From Marine Group II euryarchaeote MED-G35 (GTDB taxonomy: Archaea; Thermoplasmatota; Poseidoniia; Poseidoniales; Thalassarchaeaceae): a DNA stretch of 64,000 bases. Positions 21,309-33,000 of the stretch are shown piece after piece. The DNA lies in the NCBI GenBank assembly GCA_002457155.1, contig NTJS01000001.1, positions 2,534-66,533 of the forward strand, written 5' to 3'. The number at the start of each line of letters is the position of its first letter. Position 1 is the stretch's first letter. The notes beneath the pieces are model-generated. The model worked only from the letters and a program-made list of their open reading frames with translations, did not search any database and was not told the DNA's origin. The translations under genes and the position numbers were made by a program.

Positions 21309-22538
21309 ATGTCAGACAGCGAGCGGATTTCAATTTCGGACGGGCAATTGACAGTCCCAAACAGCCCCGAAATAAACTACATCGAAGGAGACGGGATAGG
21401 CATAGATATCACCCCAGTAATGATCAATGTCGTCGACAGTGCCGTGGAAAAGGCCTATGCTAGCGGGAGAAGAATACATTGGTCGGAAGTGTTAGCAGGT
21501 CAGAAGGCATTTGATGCCACCGGCGAATGGTTGCCGGAAGAAACCAAGCAATCAATGAGCGAGGGACTCATCTCGATAAAAGGCCCACTCACGACTCCAG
21601 TAGGAGGCGGAATTAGAAGTCTCAATGTAGCGCTTCGACAGCAATTGGATTTGTTTGCTTGTGTCAGGCCTGTTCGTTGGTTCGAGGGCACGCCCAGTCC
21701 AGTCAAAGATCCAGGGGCAGTGGACATGATAATTTTCAGAGAAAACAGCGAGGACGTCTATGCCGGAATAGAGTGGGAAGCAGGTAGCGAGGACGTTCGA
21801 AAGGTCATCGATTTCCTTCAGAAGGAGATGGGCGTAGACAAAATCCGGTTCCCGGATACAGCGGGTCTGGGAATAAAGCCGATTAGCAAAGAGGGGACAG
21901 TTAGAATTGTAAGGGCAGCGATAAAGTACGCCATAGATAATGACAAGGACTCTGTCACTCTTGTTCACAAAGGCAACATAATGAAATTTACAGAAGGGGG
22001 ATTCAGAGACTGGGGATACATGCTGGCAAAGGATGAGTTCGGGGCCATCGAGATCGACGACGGGCCATGGTGCACGTTTGACAACCCCAATACTGGAACC
22101 ACGATCACTGTCAAGGATGTGATAGCCGACGCAATGCTTCAGCAGGTTCTAACACGACCAAGGGAATATGGTGTACTTGCTACAATGAACCTCAATGGTG
22201 ACTATATCTCAGATGCACTAGCTGCACAGGTAGGGGGTATAGGAATCGCACCAGGAGCCAATATCAACTACGACTCTGGAATCGCAATCTTCGAGGCAAC
22301 CCATGGGACCGCACCCAAGTACGCAGGCCAGGACAAGGTCAATCCAGGAAGCCTAATACTATCGGCAGAGATGATGCTTAGGCACATGGGATGGACAGAA
22401 GCGGCAGACCTTATTGTAAAAGGGATGGGAGGTGCGATTTCATCTAAGACGGTAACCTACGACTTCGAGAGATTGATGGATGACGCGACCCTTCTCTCAT
22501 GCTCAGATTTCGGAAATGCAGTAGTCTCTCACATGTAG
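21309..22538 (+). CDS. icd: Isocitrate dehydrogenase (NADP-type)
   Basis: [51 protein letters not shown]; start placed at ATG 21309. Confidence 0.97.
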   Translation: MSDSERISISDGQLTVPNSPEINYIEGDGIGIDITPVMINVVDSAVEKAYASGRRIHWSEVLAGQKAFDATGEWLPEETKQSMSEGLISIKGPLTTPVGGGIRSLNVALRQQLDLFACVRPVRWFEGTPSPVKDPGAVDMIIFRENSEDVYAGIEWEAGSEDVRKVIDFLQKEMGVDKIRFPDTAGLGIKPISKEGTVRIVRAAIKYAIDNDKDSVTLVHKGNIMKFTEGGFRDWGYMLAKDEFGAIEIDDGPWCTFDNPNTGTTITVKDVIADAMLQQVLTRPREYGVLATMNLNGDYISDALAAQVGGIGIAPGANINYDSGIAIFEATHGTAPKYAGQDKVNPGSLILSAEMMLRHMGWTEAADLIVKGMGGAISSKTVTYDFERLMDDATLLSCSDFGNAVVSHM

Positions 22539-22548
22539 GTCCGATAAT

Positions 22549-23199
22549 ATGGACGAAGTCCGTGAAAGAATGCTCGAAATGGTAAACAAAGCGAAATCCT
22601 CTGAGCAACCCCTGTCATGGTTCGAGGACCTTTACCGACACTCGAACAGAGACAGGGGGCAGATCCCATGGGACTGGAAGGAACCACACCCATTCTTGGT
22701 AGAGTGGTCAAACAAAAACGAGGCATCAGGGAGAGCCCTAGTTGTCGGTTCAGGGTTGGGAGAGGACGCCTCTTTCCTATGGAAAAGAGGATGGTCAGTA
22801 ACAGCCTTTGATATCTCCGAAGAAGCAGTAGAGTGGGCTCGGCATTTGCACAAAGAGACTGATATTGATTGGGCCGCCGGCGACTTACTGAATCCCGAAC
22901 AAGGCTGGTTCGGTGAATTTGACTTGGTGCTGGAGGTACATATCCTGCAAGCAATCCCAGAAGAGATCAGGAAAAGAGCACTCACAAATCTAGCACCAAT
23001 GCTCGCAAGTGAGGGAAAGCTAGTCTGCATAGGGAGGCTAGCAGATGAACCGAACATACTGGAAAGTGGACCTCCATGGCCACTAACATGGGATTTTATC
23101 AATCAAATCGGTGAAGGTTTGGAAGAGGTCGAGAAACACTCTTCGTTCATCTCTGGGAAGGAAGGAAAAAGGTATCGCGCGGTTTGGAAAAACACATGA
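22549..23199 (+). CDS. Class I SAM-dependent methyltransferase (TPMT-like)
   Basis: IPWD, ALVVGSGLGEDA, VTAFDIS, FDLVLE, GPPWPL. Confidence 0.85.
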   Translation: MDEVRERMLEMVNKAKSSEQPLSWFEDLYRHSNRDRGQIPWDWKEPHPFLVEWSNKNEASGRALVVGSGLGEDASFLWKRGWSVTAFDISEEAVEWARHLHKETDIDWAAGDLLNPEQGWFGEFDLVLEVHILQAIPEEIRKRALTNLAPMLASEGKLVCIGRLADEPNILESGPPWPLTWDFINQIGEGLEEVEKHSSFISGKEGKRYRAVWKNT

Positions 23200-23251
23200 T
23201 CAACGCAAATTTCATATTAAGCATCCAAAGATTGTTGTATTTTTTCTCCGA

Positions 23252-24313
23252 CTAACGCTCAGACCACATCTGAAGCCAGGCACCAATGTTCCTGGTGATA
23301 TCATCTTCCGTTACCCCTCTATCTGCCACAACTCGGTCGTCGATAGGCTTTATCCGACACCCACATGCATTTGCATGCCCCCCTCCGTCCGAATCGAAAC
23401 GGGTTGCTAATGCAGTCAAGTCGTAAATCCCACCACTTCGATGGAGGAACGAATTGGTGTAGAATGATGCCGAGACGGGGTAATTGTCACCTTCGCCAAA
23501 CGTTGCACCCAGATCCCCATGAATCACCATGCAAGCATCACACTTGTCACCTGCCATAGCAGTAACTTGGTATCCATTTGACCGGATCCCCGTTCCATCC
23601 AACCTAACGATTGCCATCCTATCCTCAATTAGCATGTTATCTCGAATGGACGCAATGAGAACCCCCATCTCCCTCTTTTTATCGATAATAATCTCTGAAA
23701 TCTCCGAATCAGATAATATCTGATCGACAGTGACCCCCCCTTGAAGAAATTCGAGTACCTTCATCGCTATCCCCTCTCCAGCGTCGATGACTCTGCTAAG
23801 CCACAGAACAGGACTGTCTGCAAGATATTCTTCATGGGAAATCGCACCACTATCGAGTTTGTCTACCCATTCTAGAAGACTCTCAAAATCAGAGAGATCA
23901 ACTCGTTCTGAGAAAACATCGTACGCAATCCTTGCCGCCGAAGGGCTCTCTCTCCAGATTATCATCGAGTCTCCAGCATCCCCATCCGGTTTGTTAGATT
24001 GGTGGTGGTCGATACTCAGGCCACAACTACGATGCATCGGGAGGTCACAAACAGCGGTCCTGCGGTCAATCACCTCATCAAAAACTCCTGCTCTCAATTC
24101 TCCTGGATGGCCGAAGATGACATTTGCATCCGTCCACCAACGACGAAGAATGGCACCAGTAACCACTCCGTCCAGATCACTGTCCGTTACAATACGCCTA
24201 ATTTCCAGATCGAAAGGTCCCTCTGCCACATCTATGGGCAAATGACCACACCAATGGTGGTTTCGGAATTTAGAAACACGTTCACGGAAGGTTTTCATCC
24301 TCCACCGTAGCAT
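23252..24313 (-). CDS. DHH/DHHA1 phosphoesterase (nanoRNase-like)
   Basis: TDSDLDG, DLP, IDHH, PSAAR, GGGHANACG; true start is probably GTG near 24229. Confidence 0.85.
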   Translation of the reverse strand: MLRWRMKTFRERVSKFRNHHWCGHLPIDVAEGPFDLEIRRIVTDSDLDGVVTGAILRRWWTDANVIFGHPGELRAGVFDEVIDRRTAVCDLPMHRSCGLSIDHHQSNKPDGDAGDSMIIWRESPSAARIAYDVFSERVDLSDFESLLEWVDKLDSGAISHEEYLADSPVLWLSRVIDAGEGIAMKVLEFLQGGVTVDQILSDSEISEIIIDKKREMGVLIASIRDNMLIEDRMAIVRLDGTGIRSNGYQVTAMAGDKCDACMVIHGDLGATFGEGDNYPVSASFYTNSFLHRSGGIYDLTALATRFDSDGGGHANACGCRIKPIDDRVVADRGVTEDDITRNIGAWLQMWSER

Positions 24314-24322
24314 GTTGTCGCA

Positions 24323-24757
24323 ATGCAGAGCAGACCCGGGCCCCTAGAGACCTCTTGCGGTTTCATCTTGCTAAACTTCGACAGCATTCTGCTGCTCCAG
24401 TATCCACAGGGGCATTGGAGCTTCCCTAAGGGGCACGTCGAGAAGACTGACCCAGACCATCATTCAACCGCTCTTCGCGAACTCACAGAGGAGACTGGAA
24501 TCTCGAAGGTCAGCATAGATGAGTCGTGGTGTGAAAAGACCGAGTACAAATATGTTAGAAGGGGCCGAGAGACCCCCAAGCAGGTTTTCTGGTATCTGGC
24601 CGAGACGGATGAAATTGACGTAATCCTCTCACATGAACACACCAATTATCTTTGGCTTCAGTTGGATGATGCAGAGGACTTAATCACCTTCGAACAAGAG
24701 AAGGAACTTCTCCGCTCAGCCCGGGAACACCTCCGGTCAAGCGGCCGGAATCTATGA
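24323..24757 (+). CDS. Nudix hydrolase (Ap4A hydrolase-like)
   Basis: HWSFPKGHVE...ALRELTEETG Nudix box; LSHEH. Confidence 0.9.
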   Translation: MQSRPGPLETSCGFILLNFDSILLLQYPQGHWSFPKGHVEKTDPDHHSTALRELTEETGISKVSIDESWCEKTEYKYVRRGRETPKQVFWYLAETDEIDVILSHEHTNYLWLQLDDAEDLITFEQEKELLRSAREHLRSSGRNL

Positions 24758-25369
24758 TTCGGGCTCTCTTTTCCCAAGTGGTGTCCACAGAGTCTCACTT
24801 TCTCCAGTATTCATGGCTATCCACCGTCCTAGAACAAAAAGCCAGTCTGAGATTCTATTTAGGTAACATATCACCTCATCTCTAATCGAGCCATCGCCTT
24901 CGACATCTCTCAGACGACAAGCCTCCCTTTCCGCCCTTCTAGCCACGGTTCTAGACACATGCAGGAAAGCAACCGGGGCAGACCCCATTGGCAAGATGAA
25001 TGACTCCAGAGGAGGTAGTTCTTCAATCCAAAGATCCATCTCTTGAATCAATCGATCGCACTGTTCCATCCCAACTAGGGCCATTTGTTCCGGAAGTTTT
25101 CCAGGGCTGCAGGCACACTCTCCGCCCAAATCAAAGAGCTCCTGTTGCACCCTCATCAATGCCTCGTCTGCTTCATCGGGCCGATGGAATCTCGTAATCC
25201 CCGGCATTCTTCCGAACTCCATCCTGACCACCCCCACTTGGGAATTCAACTCGTCAATTGTCCCAAACAGTGCAACCCTGAGGCTTTCCTTCCCAACTTT
25301 CGTTCCATCGAGAAGGAACGTCTCACCTCCGTCTCCGGTCCCGGTGTGAACTCTGTTAATTCGGACCAT
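24752..25369 (-). CDS. ATP:cob(I)alamin adenosyltransferase, PduO type
   Basis: VHTGTGDGGET, GTIDELNS, FILP, RTVARRAER, YLNRISDWLF. Confidence 0.93.
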   Translation of the reverse strand: MVRINRVHTGTGDGGETFLLDGTKVGKESLRVALFGTIDELNSQVGVVRMEFGRMPGITRFHRPDEADEALMRVQQELFDLGGECACSPGKLPEQMALVGMEQCDRLIQEMDLWIEELPPLESFILPMGSAPVAFLHVSRTVARRAEREACRLRDVEGDGSIRDEVICYLNRISDWLFVLGRWIAMNTGESETLWTPLGKREPES

Positions 25370-25403
25370 GGATGTCCGATGGGTTACATGCTTTCAATCG
25401 TAC

Positions 25404-26105
25404 TCAAACGGTAACTGAAGCCAAAAGACCCTCTTCTACCGCCTGAGTCCATGAAGAATCAACGGACTCCCACCCACCTAACTTCTCTAGCTCCTCAAGA
25501 CTCTCCGCTTCGTCATCGAGATTTCCAAGATGTCGATGGATAAGAACAAGAGCAGCGTGACTCATTGAATTAATCCATTGGTCCTCCACGTCCCATGACC
25601 TCTCAAAGTGAGCAATCGCACCATTGGGTCCGAGAATTAGCCCTCTGTGGACCTGCCTCAATCCCGATTTCGACCACGCTATGCCAGGAACTCCGATTAC
25701 TAGGCCTCTGAAGGCAAGGTACAACTCCACAGTCACCATTGTACTGGCTAGAAAGAACGAACCGATTTGCTCCATCTGAGTGGCAATCTCCCACCTTGAG
25801 GACAGTAGGCTAATCCCACCAACACAGAAGAGTATTCCAGCAAGAGGAGCCACGATTACGTCTGTCTTCATCACGCTCATATCCCTTATTCCAGAAACAA
25901 TGAAAACTCCTCCAAGAAAAACTGAAATCGCTGCTGGAAGATCACCCCCTACTTCTTCTGGGCTGGTGCTCGATATCCAGAGCACTAGAGCCCCAAAAAA
26001 GAGAACAATGGCAAATCTACCACCCCTTTCAGGAAAGGGTTGCAGTCTGCTTAGGTAGTAGCAATACCCACCAAGCCCGAACAGTAGAACAATCCAAAGT
26101 AGCAT
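25404..26105 (-). CDS. Hypothetical multi-pass membrane protein
   Basis: About five TM segments then a soluble helical tail; start placed at ATG 26105 just after the upstream stop. Confidence 0.65.
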   Translation of the reverse strand: MLLWIVLLFGLGGYCYYLSRLQPFPERGGRFAIVLFFGALVLWISSTSPEEVGGDLPAAISVFLGGVFIVSGIRDMSVMKTDVIVAPLAGILFCVGGISLLSSRWEIATQMEQIGSFFLASTMVTVELYLAFRGLVIGVPGIAWSKSGLRQVHRGLILGPNGAIAHFERSWDVEDQWINSMSHAALVLIHRHLGNLDDEAESLEELEKLGGWESVDSSWTQAVEEGLLASVTV

Positions 26106-26106
26106 C

Positions 26107-26424
26107 TCACTCCTCCACCTTGCTACCCCATCCAACCTTCCAAAAATCTTCGTTATCTAGTAATATTGACCATTCAGAATCTTGTGCATCAATCAGCAAC
26201 TTAGATCGCCTCTCTAGGCCATCGAGTAGAGACTCGTCAACTTCTCCATCAGAATGCGCCGCCCTCCATTTATTCCTGACTTCCTCGACTTCTAACTGGC
26301 CCCTATCTCTCTCGTCAAAGTTCCTCTCGCAGCACTCTCTAAGGTCCTGAATCCACATTTTTGAACTCTTGATATGCGGTTCGCTATGGAAAACCCTCTT
26401 CCTCCGGAAAGGCCACCATCCCAT
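26107..26424 (-). CDS. Hypothetical protein
   Basis: MGWWPFRRKR... ORF, apparently coupled to the downstream membrane gene. Confidence 0.55.
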   Translation of the reverse strand: MGWWPFRRKRVFHSEPHIKSSKMWIQDLRECCERNFDERDRGQLEVEEVRNKWRAAHSDGEVDESLLDGLERRSKLLIDAQDSEWSILLDNEDFWKVGWGSKVEE

Positions 26425-26498
26425 ACTGTGGTGAACGCCTATGCTCAATGACTTGATGCTTTGTGAAGCCCTAAGTGCCCCACTCCCCACGAACCCAC

Positions 26499-26930
26499 AT
26501 GGGACGAGTCATTGTCCATCTGGACAGCACCCCGAAAGATAGGAGCATTGCTTCCATAATTAGTGGATATCAGAATAGGGTCAGATCAAGAGGGATATCA
26601 GTCCAATTTTCCGAGTCAACAGACAATAGCAAATACGAATCAGAACTCTCCAATCTATCAGGGCAACTAGTTCTTCTAGACCAGGATGGAGTCGCGATGA
26701 CCAGTGAGGAAATGGCAAATTGGCTCAAATCTGCAATAATCGACGGTAATACAACAAACATAGCAGTGGGACCTCATGATGGTTTCAGCAAGGAACTGAA
26801 AAAGTCAGCTAGCCAAACCATCTCCCTCTCTCAACTCACTCTTACCCACGAAATGGCTGCTGCTTTGCTGATGGAGCAACTATACAGGGCCTCGGAAATC
26901 AACCGAGGATCATCTTATCATAGGAATTGA
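26499..26930 (+). CDS. rlmH: 23S rRNA (pseudouridine-N3)-methyltransferase, RlmH-like SPOUT protein
   Basis: LLDQDG..MTSEEMA, AVGPHDGFS, ISLSQLTLTHEMA..LLMEQLYRA..I..GSSYHR. Confidence 0.85.
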   Translation: MGRVIVHLDSTPKDRSIASIISGYQNRVRSRGISVQFSESTDNSKYESELSNLSGQLVLLDQDGVAMTSEEMANWLKSAIIDGNTTNIAVGPHDGFSKELKKSASQTISLSQLTLTHEMAAALLMEQLYRASEINRGSSYHRN

Positions 26931-27047
26931 CTGCCTCGAGATGATACATCGACGTCTCTGTGATACGGAACTATCCGCAGGATGCCATCCATTCATAAGC
27001 ACGTAGAATCGGGCCACGAATCTACCCGAGGGTAAGCAGTGATTTGC

Positions 27048-30000
27048 ATGATTAGCAAGGAAGAGAGAAACACAAACAAGAGAATACTACCAGCGATTTC
27101 CATAATCGCACTGATGCTCCTGAGCACACAGCTCTCAATCATGCCAGAATCAGGTGATTCCCCGGAAAGAACGAGAACCGATGACACACCCAAGAGAACG
27201 GCCTACCAGCAACTCGAGCAGATTGGCGGACCAGTACAGGGAGATGGCCAAAACCAACCTGCATCCACCAATCCATTCCAAGAGGCAGCATTCCACGACC
27301 CGTTCTATAATGACCCAGCCGCTATTTACGGGAAGGTCTCGGATACCTCGGCCTTGACCCTCGATCCGAGTTACGGATTCTTCCTAGAGGAGACCAACAC
27401 AGAGGATCACGACAACGACGGTATTGACGATTTGAACGATTTGGACGACGACAACGACGGAATCAACGATCTAATCGAGAGATTCGACGGTTGTTACGGA
27501 ACAGACCCACTGGATCACGACAACGACGGCATCCAGGACGAGTTCGACTGGGACGACGACAACGACGGCATCCTCGAGGGACCCGTGGACTACTCCCAAG
27601 GAAACGATCCATGGAACGTCTCCTCGGATCGTCATGTTGACCCCACCACTATCCACCCTTGGACTGGACAGGCTGTCGGATTCAACTACCTGGTAGATCA
27701 GAACCCAATGGATCACGACAACGATGGGATCCCCGACGAAGACATCGACGGTTCCGGCAGGGGCTCCTACGACGAGGACGATGATAACGACGGGAGAATC
27801 GACCAGTTCGTCTGGCCATGCGATTTCGACTCTGATGGCATCCAGGACTATTTCGATCTGGACGATGATAACGACGGGGTAGATGACATAGACGACATCC
27901 ACCCATGGGATTCTACTCAGACATCACTCATCACCTCCGTTTCAGGCATACTTTGGGATGACTGGGAGAGATGGGATCCAGAGGATTATGGGGAATATGT
28001 GGATGGTCTCGACTACGTCGCTCTCCACGCCCTTGAGCACCCGAGGATGCAGGCATTCACAGAAATCGTCGATGGTGACCTCGACGGAGACGGAATCCCG
28101 AACTTCCTCGACCCAGACAACGACAATGACGGGGCCCCCGATTCGTCAGATACTGATGATGACAACGACGGACTCGCAGACATGTACGACGTCGATGATG
28201 ACAACGACGGAATCCCAGACTCATGCAGGCAACTCGACACGAACGGGGACGGACAGCGAGACTACCCCACGCAAGTCTTCAACGGTTCTGTTGTAGATAT
28301 CCAGACTCCCGGGACCGATTGCGAAATAGACTATGACGGGGATTTGGACGATGACAGATTCAGGTCCATTGATGCCGACTACGACATGGTGTGGGACTGG
28401 CTGGATACCGACATGGGCGGGTCTGAAAACCCTGACAATTTGATGGGCGGGTCGCAGCCATGGGACCTCGACGACGATGGCTTGGAGAACGAATTTGACC
28501 CCTACCCACTCAACTCATCGGCAGAGGTAGCCACTTGGGACTGCGCTAGCGTTTCCAACCCAAACCCCCAGAACCCCAGTGACAAATGCGTGCTCTGGAG
28601 AACCTCCTACACCGGATTCAATGACTGGGACGGAGACGGGTTGAACAATTGGGTGGACATGGACGACGACGGAGACGGAATCCTAGACTGGCTCGACATC
28701 GACCCCGACTGTGACTTGGACAACGATGCGGATCTTCACGAACTAAATGGATCAATGTACAGAGATGACGGTGCAAACGACATCGATACCGATGTGGATG
28801 GAGACGGTCTAGCGAATGACGAAGACTGGGACGACGACAACGACGGCATCAACGACTTCTACGACCCCGACGATGGAAACTGTGGGGTGGTCGACACTGA
28901 CAACACAGACAACTTCTGGGGCAACAGCTGGCCACAGAACGATGGAGACGCAATTGACGGCTCCGAGGACAGTGCCGCATACGCAGCAGTTCCCCACTAC
29001 TACTGGAACCTCACATGGGGATTCAACCCATTCAATCAGGATAACAGCTTCATGCTGGACTACAACGGGTATGACCCAACCTCGCTCGACTCAATCAGCG
29101 GAACAATCCCCGAGATGTACTGGTTCCTGATGATGAAGTGGAGCCCTTACAACGGTGGCAACTTCTTCGACATTGACGATGATGGGGACTCATTGGTGAA
29201 TGGAATTGACGTGGACCAGGATGGCGATGGGATGCCTGACTGGTGGGACCAGGACGAGGGGAACGACGGAGTTCTGGATGTAGATGATGTCAAGATGGGA
29301 GGATCGCTCGATGGCAACTCCTGTGGTACTGTAATCCTCTCAGCCGCCCAAGAGAGATTCTGTGGGCACCTCTACGGATATGCGTTCAAGGCACCACTCC
29401 TAACCCCAACACAGTCCGGAGGGCAATCCTACACAGTCCCATACAGCACAAGACCAGATGCTGAATGGGATGATGGAGCGTACGACGGCACCAATCATCC
29501 AACTGGGATGGGAAGCTGTGACATGAACTGCTTCTGGTTCACTTTCGACCCGACCAGCAACCCCTCACCGTCAGTGGCCTATACATACGTCGATATGAAG
29601 CACAACAGAGATCTCTGGATAGCATACCTCGGCGTCACTCAATTCGGATTCTTCCAATGGACTTCCGATAACAACGGCAACTTCTTCCCAGACGAGATTG
29701 CAGACGAGTTGAACGATGACGTCGACCCAGACATAGACTGCGGTCAACCGATGCCAGAGGTTTCTTGGACTCCGAATTGCATGTACAACAACACCAACGA
29801 TCTCGATGACGACTGGGACATCGTCTACGACCACTTCGACGTGGACGACGACAACGACGGCGTCTGGGACTATTTCGAGGTCGACACCAACGATGATCTC
29901 GATGACGACGCAACCGTGGAGGAACCTTACTACTTCACCGGGAGCAACTGCGAAGACAACGACGACGATGGCCTCGATACTGATCCAGATGATGATGGAA

Positions 30001-33000
30001 TCTACCAAGCTGTATGGGACCGCGGGGTCCTAGGCCAGGCACTCCTCTTCCCCGAGTACTATGACGTGGACAACGATAACGATGGAGTGCCCGATGGGGA
30101 GGACCCAGACGATGACAACAATGGCTTGCTAGATGAAATCCAGGAAGCGTTCCCAGGCTGTTTTACAGGCGAGGAGCAGAGCCCTTGGGACCACGACAAC
30201 GACGGGATCTTGAATTGGGCTGACGACGATTGGGACGGGGATGGAATACCCAATTCCCTGGAGCTCCAGAACCTGAACGATACGCAAGGGACGGCCGACC
30301 CAATCGACGATACCTGCTGTCTGAACTTCCCGATAGCCCCTTGGGACCACGACAACGACGGCATCAGGGATGACTTGGATGATGACGATGACTACGACGG
30401 CATGAAGGACGAGGACGAAGTGATGCTCTGGCCTTCGAGGTTCGGATCAGAATCGACAAACCCATGGGACCACGATGACTTCGGAGGAGGGGTAGGTCTA
30501 GCCAATCCGACAAACAACTCGACCGGGCCCGACTACTTCGACGTGGACGACGACAACGACGGCAGGGAAGACACGGATTGGAACAACCCCTCCCCGGGCG
30601 ACTGGCCCACCCCAGCAAACAAGATCGAGGAGTCTTCCGGATTGAGCTCAGATTGGGACCACGACAACGACGGCCTCCTTGATCACGACGACAAGATACC
30701 AACTAGAATCACTCTGAATACACAATCAGTCCTGTGGTTGGACGAGACAACACCGGCGATATTCAATGGCTCCGTTTTCTGGCTGGACGACACCGGATTC
30801 GTCCCCGCTTCAGACCTCCCAGTACAGGTCCACATCAGATATATCGAGAATGGGACTTCGGTTATCGAGACCATAGACGTGCTGACCAATGCCAACGGAG
30901 AGTACGTCGTAGGACAATTCCTGTTCCCCCAAGACATCGACGTAGGATCAAACTCCACCTACGAGGTATACGCAGAGGTCACAGAGATGTTCATCCACGA
31001 TTACAGCTCAACCCTGACAGATTCCGATGGCGATGGAATCGGTGACTCCGGATTCCCCGTGGAGGTCAGGGCGAACACCACCATAGGTTTCGTCTCCGGA
31101 CAGAGATTCAGGGCCGACGAACAGCCCCTGAAGCTCGATTTCAAGGTTCACTACACAGCAGACTACAATCGCGGAATATTCGACAACAGACTTCCATTCG
31201 CTCCAGTCTCCTTCACCATAAGCGACCCCGGAACCCAGTTCGGGAACATCTCTGAACCAACGGTATACGATGGATACGGAAATGGGTACAGGGCCGACTC
31301 AGGAGGATGGGTTTCTTTGGCATACAACCAGTCATTGGATCTGTGGGAGCAGGTGCAGTGGAACTCCCTTCTTGACAACGGCCCCGGAATACCAACAGGT
31401 GGGTACGAGGAGATTGTGTGGAATCCATGCACACCTCTGAATCCTGTTGGATCGCACTCCGTACTAGCGCCTTATGAATACAAGAACACAACTCTTCCAG
31501 TAGGGGACTACAGCTTCATTGGATACGCCAGACCAGATCTCGGCGGTTGTACTGACGGCTCATACGAGTGGCCATGGGCCCATCTAGAGGGATCCAAGAC
31601 TGACACGTTCTTCATTCGCGCGATGCACAGGATGTACATCGAGGCGGACATGTTCGCACCCTCGTTCAGACCAGTCTATTTCTGGGACGCGACCCAGTTC
31701 ACCGGCTCGTCCTTCGGCGCGTGGCGTGCCCTGTTCCACGCTCCCTCTCTAGCAAACTCGGGAACCACGTTCGAGGAAGCCAGCCTTGGGAAGCCCTACC
31801 CAATCCTATGGGACGGGACCCCGGCAGCATTGTCGGGAATCGCTGCAGGGGCGCTTTCCTCCTTCTTGACTGCCAATGGGACCCATTGGACCATTACACT
31901 TCAGAACGGGGCAGATTTCGACTCCCCTCCATGCGGCCCAGTCGACCCATTGGTATCATCCAGCGAAGTCCGATGCGAGATAGTCCCCGAGGTGTTCACC
32001 GGAGAGAAAATCAGGGTCAAGGGACACGTATGGAACAGGACTGTAGACCCTGTTTACCAGATCAATGGCAATCCAATCTCCGTAGCACTTCAGTTCGACT
32101 TCGACCGGAATGGCATTTTCGTCGGGTCAACCGAGACCCAATTCAGCAAGTGGCCGTCCCCCGTCGACGGCCTTGCAACCTTCGACTATGAATTCACGTG
32201 GGAGTCACAATGGCAGGCGCAAACATATGGGGTGAGAGCAGACTTCAGCCAATCTGACTACTTCTTCACGGGTGATCAAGACCAAGTTCTTGCCGCCACC
32301 GGAGCGTATGGTAACGTTTCCGTAATCGGCACAACTGAATTCACCGAACTGAGCTCTCTCCCTAGGTTGTACAGGGGGCAGAACACATCAGTCCAGGTCC
32401 GACTAGTTGACAACGCCTACCAACCCGTGCGCGAGGTCCCCGTGAATTGGACATGGTCGGAGGACCAGTCCAGTGGAGTCTCAATTACGGACAACAACGG
32501 CCGATTCAGGGTAAATCTGACTGACATAGAAAACCTCGGGAACTTCACCCTCGGGTTCACATACCTAGGAGACGAACGCCGCCAAGGAAACCATGCAGAG
32601 GTCAGCCTATGGGTTGTCTCCCGGACGTACATCAACGTCCAAAGCACGAGTCCCAACATTAGATCAAACGGTGATTTGTGGGAATTCACCGCCGTTGTTA
32701 CGGATGATAACAGAACCCCGTTCGAGAAAGACGGGGGGCAGGTACTGAATAGCTGTGCAGGAGAAATGCAGAGCCCGGGCGGCAACGACTTAGGAGGAAA
32801 CGTCACGGTCATCTTCGAAGGAATCGACTTCGAGGACAGGACACACAGACAGATAGTCTCCGTAGAGTGCCCTGCTTCCGGCTCTATAGGGTACGGACGA
32901 TATCTAGACCCCCAACTACTGAAGGACGACCCCTTCTCGTTCCTCCCAGACGGTTTCGGCCCGGTGAACGTGATTCTGAGGTTCGAGCAGAACCTCCCTC

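Noticed and set aside
27400-30700. CRISPR array or DNA tandem repeat in the GACGACAACGAC-rich region
   Set aside because: The repeats are in frame, degenerate at synonymous sites and irregularly spaced, so they are protein repeats.
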